64,000 nt of DNA from Lepidodermella squamata (GCA_047495785.1 JBLDXI010000054.1:1426001-1490000), one strand, 5' to 3'. Shown: positions 1 to 14,160, numbered from the stretch's first letter. Made by a program: numbers and translations. The notes: generated from the letters alone by a model not told the origin.

Positions 1-3000
1 GAGCCAAAGTTCGAAGTTGGATTGCGCAACTAAAAAATTAAAAAATTACCAATTTGAGTGAAACGGGAATTTTCAAGAAATAATAGATAGATAAATCCGT
101 TCAATTCGAAAAATACCTGGTATTACCCGAAAATACCGTAATTACCATTTTCGGTATTACCGGGTTTTTTAGTCTGATCGGTAAATTTTGGAAATTTGAG
201 TCATCGTTTTTGAATTATTTTTGGCCAGGCGAATATCAATAATTTTCTCGGGTTTTACCGGGAATTTTCGGTATTTCTTATTTTTCCTTACCTGGTTAAC
301 AGTCGAAGCGGAACCAGGGAACGAGTTGATGAGATTCGAAGCCGCCGATGACGAGAAAGCCGCCGCGTTGGCGAAGTTGGGGTAATTCTGGTAGAAATTC
401 GCCCCGCTCGAATTGCCAACACCGGAATTCGCGCCACCAAACGACGAGCCGAACATGTTAGTCGAAGGCTGGTTTTGCATCAACGAGCGGAACCCAGCCG
501 AGGCGGAACCGAGAGCCGGGTAGGCTTGGGGTTGGTGCCAGCCAGCAGCCAGGGCCGAGGCGCCGGCATCACCGGCCATAACGCCGGCGAGCAACAGGTT
601 GAGATCGCGGGGTTCGACGCCGAATTTCGCACCGCAGCCTAACGCAGCCTGGTGATGGGCGAGGTTAGCGAACATTCCTGGGGCGCCGCCTAACATTCCG
701 GCGGCTGAGCAGTCTTTCGGACGGATATTACGGCGATTTCTCGTCTGGATTGTTTCCTTCTTCAGCGTAATTGGCCGATTAACCTAAAAGAAAAAATTTC
801 AAATTAATTTTTTAAATTTCAAATTAATTTTTAAATCTCTAATTTTTAATTTCTAAATTTTTCTAAATTTTAATAAAGATTTTTGATATTTTTTTCACTG
901 AATCTTTCAACTTTAAAATTTTAAAATTCAAAATTTAATCAATTTTCAAATTTTCAAAATTTTCAGAATTTTTTTTCTTATGTTAAACTGTTTAGTTAGT
1001 AATTTACTAATTTGTTTCGCACAATTTTTCATGAATTAAAATTTCCGGTTCCGTGATTTCGGAATGTTACGCTGTATTCGCGTCTGGATAGTTGATCGCG
1101 CTAGTTGTTGATCGGCGTAATCGGCCTGTTAATAACCCGCTAATCATCACCATCATTATCATCATCGCCACTAGTTAACAAGTCGCGGCGACATAACTCG
1201 CATCATCAGTTCATCAACGCGCGCGCGACGCGGAATGACCCCGGTTTTATTGCCCCAACGAGCGCGACTTATTACTATTATTACCGACCCGACTACCTGA
1301 GAGAGTTTAATTGGCTCACAACACTTGGCGACGATGAAGTCACTTCATTATCTCGACCCCGCTCAGGTATGGCGGCGTGTATGCTAAATGACACGGTGAG
1401 ATAAGGCGATGCGTACAAAACGGCGCGTTTTTTCATCAAAAATAATAATCAACAACGTTAATCATATAACGTCACGCTTGGCCGCCACTTTACATACAAA
1501 TGCTGCAAAAAATTGAGCGCGAGACACTAGCATGAGGCGGGAAAGAAAGTAATTTGTTCACACACAGCGCTATCGAGTCGTCCATCGAAGATGGCAACAT
1601 GAAATATTTCGTGGCTTTTCAACATATCTACAGTCATTTAATACGCTTGAATAGCGATGAGATGGCGAGTTAAAATACGATAAAAAAAAATTGTGTATTA
1701 CGTTGTGCAGCTTCCAATAAAGACCGCAGGCATTGCAGATAGGATCGCCGTTTGTGTTGCGCCGCCACAGCGTTGTGTTGTTCGTTCCGCAGTTGATGCA
1801 GATGAGATTTTGTCGCCGGCTTGGAACCTGAGAAGAAGAGAAAACGAGATGGTGAAAAATTATTTCAATCAATCGATAATCTAGGGGGAAAAGCGCGTGC
1901 CGCTTGGGAATAGGTTATGAAATTTTTCAGATGCGACGCGTGATAGGACTGGTCTAGCCGGCTGGTGGCCATTTGGCGGTGTGCCGCCGCGCCTTTTTGA
2001 CGGAAGCGCGTAATTACACCTCATCATATCGAGTGGTGAGTGAGTGCGCACTAATTAAGGCAGCTTTTTGAAATCACGCGCGCGTGTGAGCGAACCCGCA
2101 ATATAACGGTAATAGCGCCGAGTAGATGCTGATCTCTTGAACAAATAGAGATTATTGAACAAACCTCCTTCCGCTTCGGTTTCACCAACGGCCGGTTCTG
2201 CCCGTTCACCTTGTGGTACAAGCCGCATGCGTTGCACAAATAACTAGAAAAATGAAAAATGCACAATATTAAATTTCAAAAAATTCAAAAAAATTAACAC
2301 AAATTAAATTCCACAAATGCGAAGAAACTCTCATTTAAATTAATGAAATTAAAAAATTAAATAGAAATATTCAAAGGGACAATTCAAGGTGAACTGAAAT
2401 TTTCTAATTTGTAATTCAAACAGGATGAAATTTTCGATTATTTTAAAATCCTAATAAATTAGGAATAAATTGCAAAACATATCTAAAAAGAGAAATATTC
2501 TCAAAAAGAGAAATTCGGGGCAAAATATTGAAAATCAGAGTTATTAAAAAAAAATAAAAATAAAATAAAAATTTTTTAAAATTCTCGAATTAATCCAAAA
2601 AAATGATTTGGTTGATTTTTTTGCGGAATTTCAATTTTATGCTGATAAAAAATTCGTTTCTCGCTCGAAAACTCACTTTCCCTTGCCGTCTCGGCGCCAT
2701 AGCGGGGTCGTGGTCACGCCGCAATTGACGCACTCGCGGTTGTCCGACTTCCTGCGCGCACTTGACGAGGCGTTGAGGCGCTGTTGCTTGGGCGAGGACG
2801 ACGATTGCGTCTCACGAGTCGTATCCGGGCTCATCGAAGCCGACAGCAAGCCCTCCGACGACCCGCCCGAAGTCCCGACAGTGATATTGCCGTTATTGCC
2901 AAGGTGACTCGAGTTCATCAGGAAACCATTCAACCCTGACGAAGGCCGGCGTTGGCGGTGGTAGCCGTCAGACGGGCTCGAAGACCGTTGACAAACCGCG

Positions 3001-3989
3001 GCAGCAGCTGCGGCGGCCAGTTCGGCCAGGTAAGGATTGACGATCGAACCGCGTTGTTGAACAGCCGGTTGGTTCGCGAAGAAAGAACTGGCGGCTTTCG
3101 ACGGGCCGAAAACATCGCTGAAGCGCAGCGTTTTCGCGAGAGACGGGCTTGTGACTGAGCAAGACGATTTTTGCTGCTTTTCGACCTCGCAATCCGAGGC
3201 GAAATTATTGCCAGATTGTTGCTGGTTCGGCGTCTGGTCGTCACCTGACGTTTGCGGAGAATCGTTTTTGCTGATTTTAGAGCTGAGATCAGCTGGAATT
3301 GGGCTCGAGGACTGCGGAATGCCGGAAAATTCACTCGAGCGTGACTTGTGAGCCTAGAGGAAAAAATAGGGAAAAATCAGAGAAAATTAGAAAAATACCG
3401 GAAAAATTAGAGAAGCTCAAAATTAGACTAAAATATTCATAATTAATTAAAATTGGAATTTTTAAAAATTATTTAAATTTCCCTAAAAATTTAGAAAATG
3501 AAATTTTACCTGAAAATTGGGTTGCAAATTTGATTTGCCACCGCTTTGCTGGACCAGGCAGTCGAGATAGTTGGCCATCAGCGAGTAGCCGGGTACAGTT
3601 TGAGCGTTTCCAGCGCTTGAAAACTGAGCAGCCGCTGCGGCGTTGAACTGCGAGACATTGCTTGTTGATGATTGCTGAAACTGGCCAGACTCGTTGGCCG
3701 ACCCTGGTTGTAGCCAGTTGCGGCCATTGCCTAGCAACGAACAGCTAGTCGGCTGATTGGCGCCCGAGGTTGAGCTGAAAATCGACGCGGAATTCGCGGC
3801 GGAAAAGTCGGGCTGTTGACTGCCGAGGGTGAGTTGCGAGTAGGAGGCGCCGAAAGTTGACCCCGGATCACCTACAGCACCCGTCCATGGGTGATACGCC
3901 CGGGTACCAGCGCTGGAACCGGCCGTGGAACCGCCGCCGCCGAGAATCGACGCCATCGACCCAGCCGAGATACCAGCGACATCAACCAT
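1..3989 (-). CDS. GATA123: GATA1/2/3-class dual zinc-finger transcription factor (multi-exon; 3' end lies outside the window)
   Basis: Exons 3989-3510, 3353-2677, 2243-2165, 1827-1702, 783-292 and 29-<1 have GT-AG introns and compatible phases. They give [79 protein letters not shown] and [17 protein letters not shown]. The GQNRPL, GDPxC and KLHN-VNRP signatures match GATA1/2/3 rather than GATA4/5/6. Confidence 0.93.
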
Positions 3990-6250
3990 TTTAACAACAA
4001 CAAATTCAAAAAATCACTATAGCGAAAATTTTAAGGCGGAATTTTTAAGAAAGATCCAAAATGGAACCGATGGGTAAGGAAGAGTTGGTTCCTGCTGAGA
4101 AGTGATGTTACAACTGATAGAAGGCGGCCGCGTTTCGCTTCTGTGTGGCGGCGTCTCGATTGAAGTCATTCGCGCTTTTAATCGCGCTTGCGCCCGCTCA
4201 CCCTCACTCACTCGAGTAGTAGGGTGACTCAAGCACCGTCAGTTGCTGTCCACACCCGGCGGCCTGTCCAGGCACCGTGGAAGATGCGTTTGATTGATAA
4301 AATAGTAGTCGCGGGATTGGCATGCGTGCGCGCGGAATTGAGCGCGTCACAGTCACTGGCAGTCACGCGATAATTTATTACAGGGTGATACAAAAATTCC
4401 GCGCGATATGGAAAATATCTGAGATCGTAACAGCAGCTACTATGAAAAATGAAAATAATAGTATCCGATGTAAAATTTATGATTAACTCACGACGATCAT
4501 CTATCATCTATCTAGAATTGAAAGTGCGCGCACGGTAGTAATAAAAGTAGTGCGCGCGCGCGGTGCTCAACGCTGATTGGCCGGCGCCGTCGACCAATAG
4601 AAACGCACGCTTATACACGCCACGCATAATTGCATTCACATAGTTGTTGTATCTTTTTATTACGACAAGCCGAGTTTAATGATGATGTTACCTGATGATG
4701 AGATGACAGCGCGGCGCCACTAGTACCATAATAGGTCTGGCGCACTGCGGACTACCTTCAATAGGGTGAATGCAACTGTACGGTGATTAAACTTTTTTAA
4801 CTAGCTTACACATCAAGCAAGCCTGTATTATCACTCGGCGTTGACAAGAAGATAAACAAGCCAAAGTCATATCATCATATATATTGAGTTAAATGCCTAC
4901 GACTGCCTATCAGTTAACCGTATCGGCCACGCGAACATTAACGTAACTGTATACTAGGTACTGTGTATAATAGGAATTTATTTGATTTTGTCAAAAAAGC
5001 TTGTCGGTCCCATATATATTCAAGTTGAGAGCGAGCGCGCGCGCGGCTTTAATAGCCATCGTTTTGTAACCATTAAGCCATTCTCGTAAAATGCGACGAA
5101 TAATAACAAAAACCACCTGTTGAGTAATAACTATCATTAGACTCACTTATAAAGAACAAGTTGCGCGTAAACTTTTGTAGTCACCTTATCAAGTCGACTC
5201 CACCTGATGGCGGCTATTAAAACCAGCAGCAGCGCGTCCTCGTCACATAATTAGAGGCCGCAGTAACTGTGTGACACACATGCGATGGTACAAAAGCCGC
5301 CGCCAATAAAAATATCTATAATTACAGGCAATAATGCCATAATTGCAGTGTCAATCATAGACGCGTCGCCGCTCGCTTTTCAATACAACTAAAAACAAAA
5401 CACGACACCAATTGTTACCAAATTTACAATATTTATTTTCAACATCGATTTACACGATATTTCAACGATCACAAATAGAACGGCTATGGAAAACAACCAA
5501 GGGCGATTTATTATTGTTCCACCTTAATCTGCCATTACTGAACGTTTTTTCACCTAAAGCGTCCTTGGTTACGCGGTAAAAATATCGCGTTGCTAGGGAA
5601 ATTATTGTCCTTAGCAACCGCGATATTTTACGTGGTAACCAAGGACGCTTTTGCAATTTTTAAATACTGTCAATTGTAGGCTTGCTGAGGCGTGTCTGAG
5701 AAAAGCGAACAGGAGGTGGGTGCGCGCGCAATTTTCTTCTCAGCGGCGCGCGCGCGCCTGCGTGACATATGGGCGCATTGATGATTGCGCAAGTTGTGCG
5801 CGCACTATCAGCGCGGTCGATCAAAAAACGCGCTCGCTCACAGTTGGTACCCAGCACCAGCAAATTTCTTCCACAAGACTGGGCGCGCGCGCGAAAATTG
5901 CCTGTATTTAGCGCAGTTAATAACGGTAATAATTAGCGCTATAAAATGTAACAACTCAGCGCCAACTAGCAACAGACGGGCGTCAGTCAAAAAGGCAACC
6001 TACCAGCTACTACTGGTGGTCTATTATGATGTTGATGTGTTGAGCAGGGCGCACCCTGCGCGACTTTATCGCCGGTTCGAATCTTTTTTGGCCTCGCTGC
6101 TTTTCGCGCGCAAAATCAGCCCTAAATTATTATTATTACTACAACGGGCCATGTGCGCGCGCACTAATGACGACGAGGCCTAATTTGCGCGTCTCGGCCA
6201 CGCACGACTCGACTAGACACACGGGTGAGACTATGTAATGGGCACCGTGA
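3990..6250 (-). promoter_or_regulatory. Putative 5'UTR/promoter/enhancer region of the GATA gene
   Basis: Non-coding and rich in CGCG, unlike the AT-rich introns. It has an inverted CCAAT pair (gattgg...ccaat, ~4575-4598), AGATAA at ~4849 and many TAAT motifs. Function is inferred from position only. Confidence 0.45.
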
Positions 6251-6404
6251 AAAGAGCCCGAAAAATGAAACCGTAAAATATCATCATGTTGTAGTATAAT
6301 ACTTATTTTTATTCAATTTTATCGCACAGCTAGATCACGACTGAAATGTTATTTTTATTTCAAGGCAGGCTGAGTCTCATTAGTTCATCGTTGCGTCGTC
6401 GCGT

Positions 6405-8045
6405 TTAGAAGGGAGTCTCCGGGCGCTTGGCCAGGTAAGCCTTGATGTGGGCGTTGTCCTCGACGGCCTTCTTGATGGCAATGAGGGTCGGGTATTTCGA
6501 CTCGATCGCCGTGAAGTCGATGCCCTTGGTGCGCGAGGCGCTGTCCAACAGCGAAGCCAGGTAAAGATCGGCGTAGGTGAACTTGAAAAAAATGAAACAG
6601 CAATAACATCAGCAAAACAGAATAAAAAAATATGATTACCGATTCACCGCCAGCAACGTTCTTGCCGCCATTAGCCAGAGCTTTCTTCTCAATGAAGGCC
6701 CTAGAAAAAACAAAAAATTGAAAAAATAAAATGGGTCTATTAAAATCGACTATAATGAGTTGCTAAATTTATGAAAAATCCACGAAATTTATGAATGAAA
6801 AAATATGATTGAAAATTGAATGAAATATGAAATCATCGATCGGTTTCGACTTGGGTAAAATAATTGCGGGATAGCGATAAATCGTACCTAAAATATGCTT
6901 CCGATTTTTCGAAGCCCAAAAATCGTAACAATTTTAAATTTTTTGGATATAGGAATAATGAGGATTAAATTATCAGAAATTGAAAGGTTTCTTGGTCTTT
7001 TAAATTCTATTAATATAAAATTTTAGAACACCCCAAATTACGGCCACGGCATTGATTTTTTTCCTCATTTGGGTTTTTTCGAGATTCTCGTTCTGCATTT
7101 TTTAAAGATGCCAACAATACATCTCCCGTGTTTTGCGCTATTTCCATCAGTTTACGAATTAAAGACTAATTGAAATCGATATCGATTTCTGCTATCGATT
7201 TTATAAATCAGTAATTGTTCCGATTCGGTAGAGGGCTGATTTGGGGCTGATTCGAAATGTCAAGTTTATACCTGAGGAGACTAGTTAGCTAAAATAGAAA
7301 ATCCCACGGTTACAGGTTGAATCATCATCAGGAAAAAGGGGATATCGTGTAAATCGGGACAATTCAGACCAAATTTTCATTTTTTGGTAATTTTTCATTT
7401 ATTTTTTTACTCAAAGCCTATGATACGATGATGCAAATGTTGAATTCAAATCTTCATTGATATGACATATAATTCCCAATTATTTTTTGTGAATTTTCCG
7501 CGATTTTTTAATTATTTTCAGATTTTTTCGAAAATTATTTTTGACGCAAATTCGAGAAAAATCTCTTACAAGTTGCGCGGGATGGTGTCGTTGTTCAACG
7601 TGGCGAAGAAGGTCTCCTTGCGGGCAGCATCCTGCTCCCAGACAGCCTTCGAGGTGGCATCATGGACGTCGCGCAGGCACTCGAACACCTCATCAGCATG
7701 GGCAGTCTCCGCCGGGGTCTTGCCGCCAAGGCCGAACCACTGGGCGGTCTGGCGGGCGATGGTCGCCGACTGGCAGACCTGGTGCACCTTGCCATCGGCA
7801 TCGGTGATTTCAAGAACCGGAACCTGACCAACAGGGGTCGTCGGCTTGACCTTGGGCCACTCAGCCTGGTCGAGACGGTGGTCTGCAATTTTTAAAAATT
7901 AATTTATCAAATTTTTAAGGAGGATTTTTTCTTAAATACCTTCGAACGGGATGCCGGCGAGAGCGAAGGTGTAGCGGATGGTTTCGGCCTTTCCGCGGCC
8001 GTTGAAGTAGATCAGCTTGTACTTCTTGTCAGCGCAGCAAGACAT
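6405..8045 (-). CDS. Glutathione S-transferase, sigma-class-like (copy 1, distinct gene structure), ~218 aa
   Basis: Exons 8045-7940, 7882-7570, 6700-6640, 6581-6405. Motifs KLIYFNGRGKAE, W, PVGQVPVLEI, CQS, FTYAD, YPTL and YLAKRPETPF. Confidence 0.93.
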
Positions 8046-8567
8046 GATTGGCGATGAGAAATTAATTCAATAAAATAACTGAAAATTAAAAAATAATCGC
8101 TGAATTCGAGTGATAAAATGAAAAAATTCTAGAAAAATCAAATAATATGAATGCGGTAGTGTTAGCGAGTGGTGTGGCTTATAAAGTGGGGCTGTAAACG
8201 TGGCCGAATGAATAACAATGAATAAGCCGGCACGCGCTTGCATAGGGCGCAGAAAAAAAAACTTGGCTGTATTACGCTTATTTGTGTGTGCGTGAAAACG
8301 ACAATAAAACCAGCTCGATTATTTATGGGCAATATAAAGCCTCAATTTGACCGACTTTCCAACAAATTCAGACAAACATTTGCGGCGACTGGTGAAATTG
8401 AGGTGAAAAACACGCCGACATGCTGGCTAAAATGAAAATTTAACAAAATTTGACCGACTTAAACCCGCGTGCAAACGAGTGAAAAAATGAATAGCATATT
8501 AATTAAGGAGGATTTTTATTAAAATTCGCTAAAATTTGTTTTCGTAAAAAGCAGCTGTGTCAATAAT

Positions 8568-9371
8568 TTAAAACGGTGTTTCTGGGCGATTGGCTAAATA
8601 AGCCTTGATATCCGGCGTCTGTTCAACGGCGTTCTTAATCGCAACCAACGTCGGATAGTTCTTTTCAATATCAGCCCAGTCGACGAAGGGCAGCCGCTTG
8701 CCGGAATCCAACAAACTCGCCAGGGCAAGGTCAACAAAAGTGAACTGAGGAAAATTAGTTGACATCAATAAATAATAATTTGCCGAATATTCTCTCTCAC
8801 ATTGTCACCGCCAGCCAAATGTTTACCGCCGTTAGCTACCGCCTGCTTCTCGAGAAATCCGAAATTTCGGGCAAAATATTCAGTTTTCAGCTTTCCCATA
8901 GCTTCGGTCTAATCAATTAAGTGTTAATTTTCAAAAAATCATCAGAAAATCTCACCCTTTTTTCTTCATTTTTTTCGTTAAATACCTTGCCCATACCATC
9001 CATAGTGTCATGGATACTAAAAATTAGGAATAAATTTATTGAGAAATTTCTGATTTTTCTTACATTTCAAAGGCTTCATCGGCTTTGGCCTGTTCCCACG
9101 CGGTTTTCCCAGCCAGCCCATGCCAGTTGGCCAAAACTCGGACGATCGTCCAGCTTTGGCTTAGCATTCGGCTGGTTCCGTTGGGTTCGGTTACTTCAAG
9201 AACCGGGCACTGCCCCAGTGGTGTTTTCGGCTTAATAACCGGCCACTCGTCGGCGGTTAGCCGGTGGTCATCGAAATCTACCTTGGCGTAGTGAAGAATG
9301 TAGCGGATAAATTCGGCCCGGCCGCGGGCGTTGAAGTAGATCAACTTGTATTTCTTCTGATTTGGAGACAT
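8568..9371 (-). CDS. GST sigma-class-like (copy 2), ~217 aa
   Basis: Exons 9371-9064, 9016-8956, 8908-8801, 8744-8568. Motifs MSPNQKKYKLIYFNARGRAE, PLGQCP, SQS and YLANRPETPF. Confidence 0.93.
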
Positions 9372-9890
9372 ATTTTTCTGCTTAAACTTGAAACGGCAGC
9401 GTATCAAGATGTTTTTAGTAGTATTTATAGTGTCACGAAAAAGATGTAATGGCTAACTCATGCTCAGGTAGTAAATTCATTCACCTGAAAAAAACAATGC
9501 ATCACGACAGCCTGAGGCGAAGGCAAAAACTCGAGCCGTTCGGACTTGACAACTGAAAAGTGGGGTTTTATGCTATTTCTAATTTTCGAAAATTTTCAAA
9601 CACTGCTAGCACGAAAAACCAATGGAAAATGAGTGAAATGTGTGAGGAAAAATCCAGCTTAACAAAAATGGATAAACATCGCACTTTCATAACGCGATCT
9701 TCAATGCGATTACCTATTCGAAAATTAAAAAAATCTGAATTTTTGCATTAAGGACATCTATCTTTATTTTTTTACTTTTTTTCACAACGTATTTTTATTT
9801 TTTTCACAACGATTCAAAAATTGCATTCGATAATAATTCCGGCGTCTCTTTTGCGCTGTTATTTAAATTAGGTCACCGCCTGACCTACTT

Positions 9891-10703
9891 TCACATGTTC
9901 GTAACAGGACGGCCAGCAAGATATGCCTTGATTTGCGGCCTTTCTTCGATGGCAGTCTTGATCTTAACCAGGGTAGGATAATTAGCCTCAATGTCGGCCC
10001 AATCGATGAAATCCAAAGTGTGGCAAAGGTCCAGAAACCCGGCCAAAGCAGCGTCGACAAAAGTGTACTAAAAATTTAGCAAATAAATTTAAATTTAAAT
10101 TAAATCAGAATTTCTCACATCATCGCCACCAGCGATATTTTTCCCGCCGTTTTTCACCGCCTGCTTCTCGAGGAAACCAAAGTAGAGAGGGAAAGTTTCG
10201 GCTTTGAGCTTTGCGACAGCTTCGGCCTGGAATTTTACCAAACTTGGGAGATCGATTTGCCGAATTTTAAAATCTTACCTTTTTAACTTCGTCTTTCATG
10301 TGCTCGAACACCTTGCCGACTCCATCCAGAATTTCGTGAATTCTACGAAAAAATTGTTGAAAAATTAGACGAAAAATGTATGTAAATTTCACATTTCATA
10401 AGCTTCATCTGCCTTGGCGAGTTCCCACGGGCTTTTGCCATTCAGCCCGTTCCAAGCCGCGATGACTCGAGGAATCGTGAAGCTCTGGCACAGCATTTTC
10501 GTACTGCCATCAGGCTCGGTAATTTCAAGAACTGGGCACTGCCCGAGGGGCATTTTTGCCTTCAGCGACTTCTGCCAGTCTTCGCGGTCGAAGCGGTAGT
10601 CCTCGAATTGGATGTTGGCAAAGTGGAGGACATAGCGAATAATCTCGGCTCTGCCTTTCAACGGAAAATAAATCAATTTATACTTTCTGCCGTCGCTCGA
10701 CAT
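9891..10703 (-). CDS. GST sigma-class-like (copy 3, MSSDGRK subtype)
   Basis: 4 exons with GT-AG introns. YFPLKGRAE, PLGQCP, CQS; ends RPVTNM-TGA. Confidence 0.92.
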
Positions 10704-11542
10704 ATCCGGCTATTTGCTAAATAATTTCGCAAAAATAAAGATGACTAAAATTGAATAAATTTTAATTATGAGCTTTTTTAAAAAGGTTCAAAATATCTAA
10801 TACAACAGAAAAGTCGAGATTCCAGCTTAGTATTTATTGATTTTTTTGCCACCTAGAATTTTTCTTCAATTGATCGATATTCTGATGCCCCACGCGATAA
10901 CCCTGATACGCTATTTATTTTATTTTTTTTTGTAACGCGTGGCAGGGTTGACAAAAACTGGACACGAGATTACAAAACGCGATGGAAGCCCTCAATCAAA
11001 AATGTTTCGTCATTTTTTTTTAAATATACGCGCATTCATATGAATTTTTAAACGAAAAAAATCTTGAAAAAAACCAGCTAACAAAGGTTGTTGTCAAGTA
11101 AATTCCAGGTGTTCATGAGCTGAAACTAGTATGTAATAACTTGTAATTCTGATGCTAATTTTGATTGAAAAATTAAGTGGATAAATTTGGAAGATTTCAT
11201 TCAATGTTTCAAGTAGGTACTTTAATGCATTCAAATTGGGCATGTGGTTGATACATGGAAATTTTCAGCTTTTGATCATAGGTCGCCTAGATTCAGGTGT
11301 TGGAAAGCATGAACGCATGAACAATGGGAAAAGTAAATAAAAGCAATGAAAAAACTGTAAAAAAATGCCAACACGAAAAACAACTCTTTATTGCGCCCAC
11401 AAGGTGACCAGGAAAATGACATACTATAATCACTGAGTTTCATCCTGTTACAGGAGTCATTGGTTATTACATAGTCACAAGTTACAATAAATTCTTCAAT
11501 GGCAGTTTTTTTCAAGTGATTTTTTTCGGCGTTATTTTCTGC

Positions 11543-13331
11543 TTAAATAGGAGTTTCAGGACGGCTGGCCAGGTAGGCCTTCATCTGCGGAGTTCCTTCA
11601 ACGGCGTTCTTGATAGCAACCAGCGTCGGGTATTTCGCCTCAACATCAGCCCAGTCGACGAACGGCATGTGTTTAGCAGAATCTAGCACAGAAGCAAGCG
11701 CAACATCGGCATACGTGTGCTGGAAACGAAAAAATTCGTGGTTAATAATGAAAGGGAAATTTTTGAAGTCTTACAGCATCTCCTCCGGCAACACTTTTAC
11801 CGCCATGGGCCAGGGCTTGTTTTTCCAAGAAGCCAAGATTGCGAGCAAAATGGTCATTTTTCAGCTTGGCAGCCGCTTCATCCTGAACAAAAAAGTGCCG
11901 AAATCTAGGTGAAGTTTTCTTAAACTTGGAATTTACCTTTTTGGCTGCGTCTTGCTCCTTGTAGACCGCGAAAATTGCATCCCAGACGTCGCGCAAGCTG
12001 GAAAAAGGTTCAGAACACATCGGCGATTTTTTTCCAAGACGGGAAACATTTTTTTTTGAAAATGTTTATATAATAAAATGTCCCCAAGCACAGCCTAATT
12101 CCGAATATTGCATGTCACACTACCAACGATATTTTCTGATTATTTTAGGATTTTTTATTTTTTTTTTAGGAATTATTGAAATAATTGAAGTTATAAATAA
12201 ATTAAATGGAGGAACTGTTAAAAAATTATGACGAGCCGGGGCAGATTCGGCTTTGCGTCAGCCAACCGTAATTTAAACATAATTTTGTTACACTAATTTT
12301 CCACTATCGCCATTTCAAAGTGTTCAGGACTAATTAAAAAATCCAGATAAATTGCCAACAGTAGATCCTAAATTTAGGGATCCGGCATATTATTTTTAGC
12401 TTTTCAATCTAATAGCCGTCAAACCAATAAATCGGTATCTCGTATATTTTTTAACCAGAGAGAGAGATACCGATTTATTGGTGGTCTACGTTACATAATT
12501 CTTAGTAACATTGCCTTTAAGACACAGAGATATGAATTAATTAACTTCAGTATAGTATTAACTTTAGTATAGTATTCAGTATTAACTTCACTATTTTACA
12601 GAGCTTCAATCGATTTCAATTATTGATGTCATAAATCAGTGATTTTTCCGATATCAACTGGTATAAATGCCAATTTTTTTAAAAATTTCCTATATACACA
12701 AGGCTATATTAATAAGCCAGGTGCATAAAATAAAGTTAATGGAATTATATGATTACATTGAGCGTCATTATAGATCGAAGAAAGGCGAAATTGAAATGGG
12801 AAAAATCGATACAAATTCTCCTTGATTGTAGGCGACGAAGACCGTAATTTTTATAAATTATTATTGTTATAAGGAACATTTCCTGACCTAAAAGGTTCCC
12901 GAACCTTCGATCGAACTTAATTATAATAGCGAGATGTTACTGATTTTGCCAGCAAATTTCAAGCGATGGGTACTTATGTATGTCCGAATAATAGCATCTA
13001 GTAAAATGTTCTGAAATTACATTTCGAAGGCCTCATCCGCCCTTGCTTCCTCCATCGGAGTTTTGCCGGTTAGCCCGGCCCATTTAGCCACCATACGAGC
13101 GATAGCAGCGCTTTGGCACACCACGTGGCTGGTTCCATCAGCATGCGTTATCTCGAGAGTCGGAAGCTGTCCGACAGGGGCCGTCGACTTCAGCGGCATC
13201 CACTCGTCCTTGGTTAGGCGGTTATCCTCGAAGGCAATCTTGGCATAGTGCAAAATGTAGCGCACAGTTTCGGCCTTGCCTCGAAAGGGGAAGTAGGACA
13301 GCTTCAACTTTTTATCACCACAAGCAGCCAT
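11543..13331 (-). CDS. GST sigma-class-like (copy 4, MAACGDK subtype)
   Basis: 4 exons with a ~1 kb first intron. YFPFRGKAE, PVGQLP, CQS, LRDVWDA; ends RPETPI-TAA. Confidence 0.92.
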
Positions 13332-14160
13332 GGCTTTGTATAATTAAATTATAATAAGATAACTTAAAAAGATGCAAATGCAATGAAACAAAAGTAGGGT
13401 AGATTGAGAGGAAGTCACACAAGTTTTACACATGCTTTTATCGATTGCTTTTTAGTGAAAGCTGCAACTACGGCTGTTCAAAAATAGAAGCGTGCTTAGT
13501 AATTTGCCTAAATTAAGCTCCGCAAAAAATTGGCCTACTTACGTGATTTTCGGACATTGTTTTCATTAATTTTTCAGGAGTGAGCGTTGAAAAAATGAGG
13601 TTTTTTGCATTATTTATTGCCCGTCTCGTGTCATCAGCACGCATTTGACAAAAATTATCGAGGAAATTGGGGCAAAAAATAGATTTTCAGAAAAAGCGGT
13701 GTAGTTATTTTCTGAAAATAATTCTCAGAAATTCTCTCTGAAAACGTAAAAATCGCAGGACATCCAGCTCCCCACTAAAAAAATCAGGTAAAAATTCGGA
13801 AATTTTCAAAATTTGCATGAAAATCAGGTCCACCGTTTTTTCGAATTTTTTTTGAGCGACGGTACATTGTTGCATTGCTGCTAGAAAATAAGAGTATTAT
13901 TTTATAGAAAACAAAGCTCTCGGCGATAGCTTTCTGAACCCTTTTCCGTCTACTTTCTTCGCTTGCGTTACTTATGGGACACTTATGGGACATTTTATCG
14001 AAGTAATCCAGGTCGATATAGCGCAGGGTTAAAACTTTTCTGGCATTTAATAGAGTATGTTTTTGCTTGTATTTCGTTAACAAGTCACGAGAAACTCAAC
14101 GCGTTTGCAAAACTGAAACGTAAAAAATTGCACGAAAAACAATCCTGGTTAAAAATATTG

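Noticed and set aside
169-291. ORF-track C-terminus of GATA ([10 protein letters not shown]...)
   Set aside because: Read-through into an intron: there is a strong CAG/GTAAGG donor at 292/291 and an acceptor at 30.
4017-6183. Several 60-130 aa ORFs upstream of GATA
   Set aside because: No recognisable motifs or splice-consistent structure; expected by chance in GC-balanced regulatory DNA.
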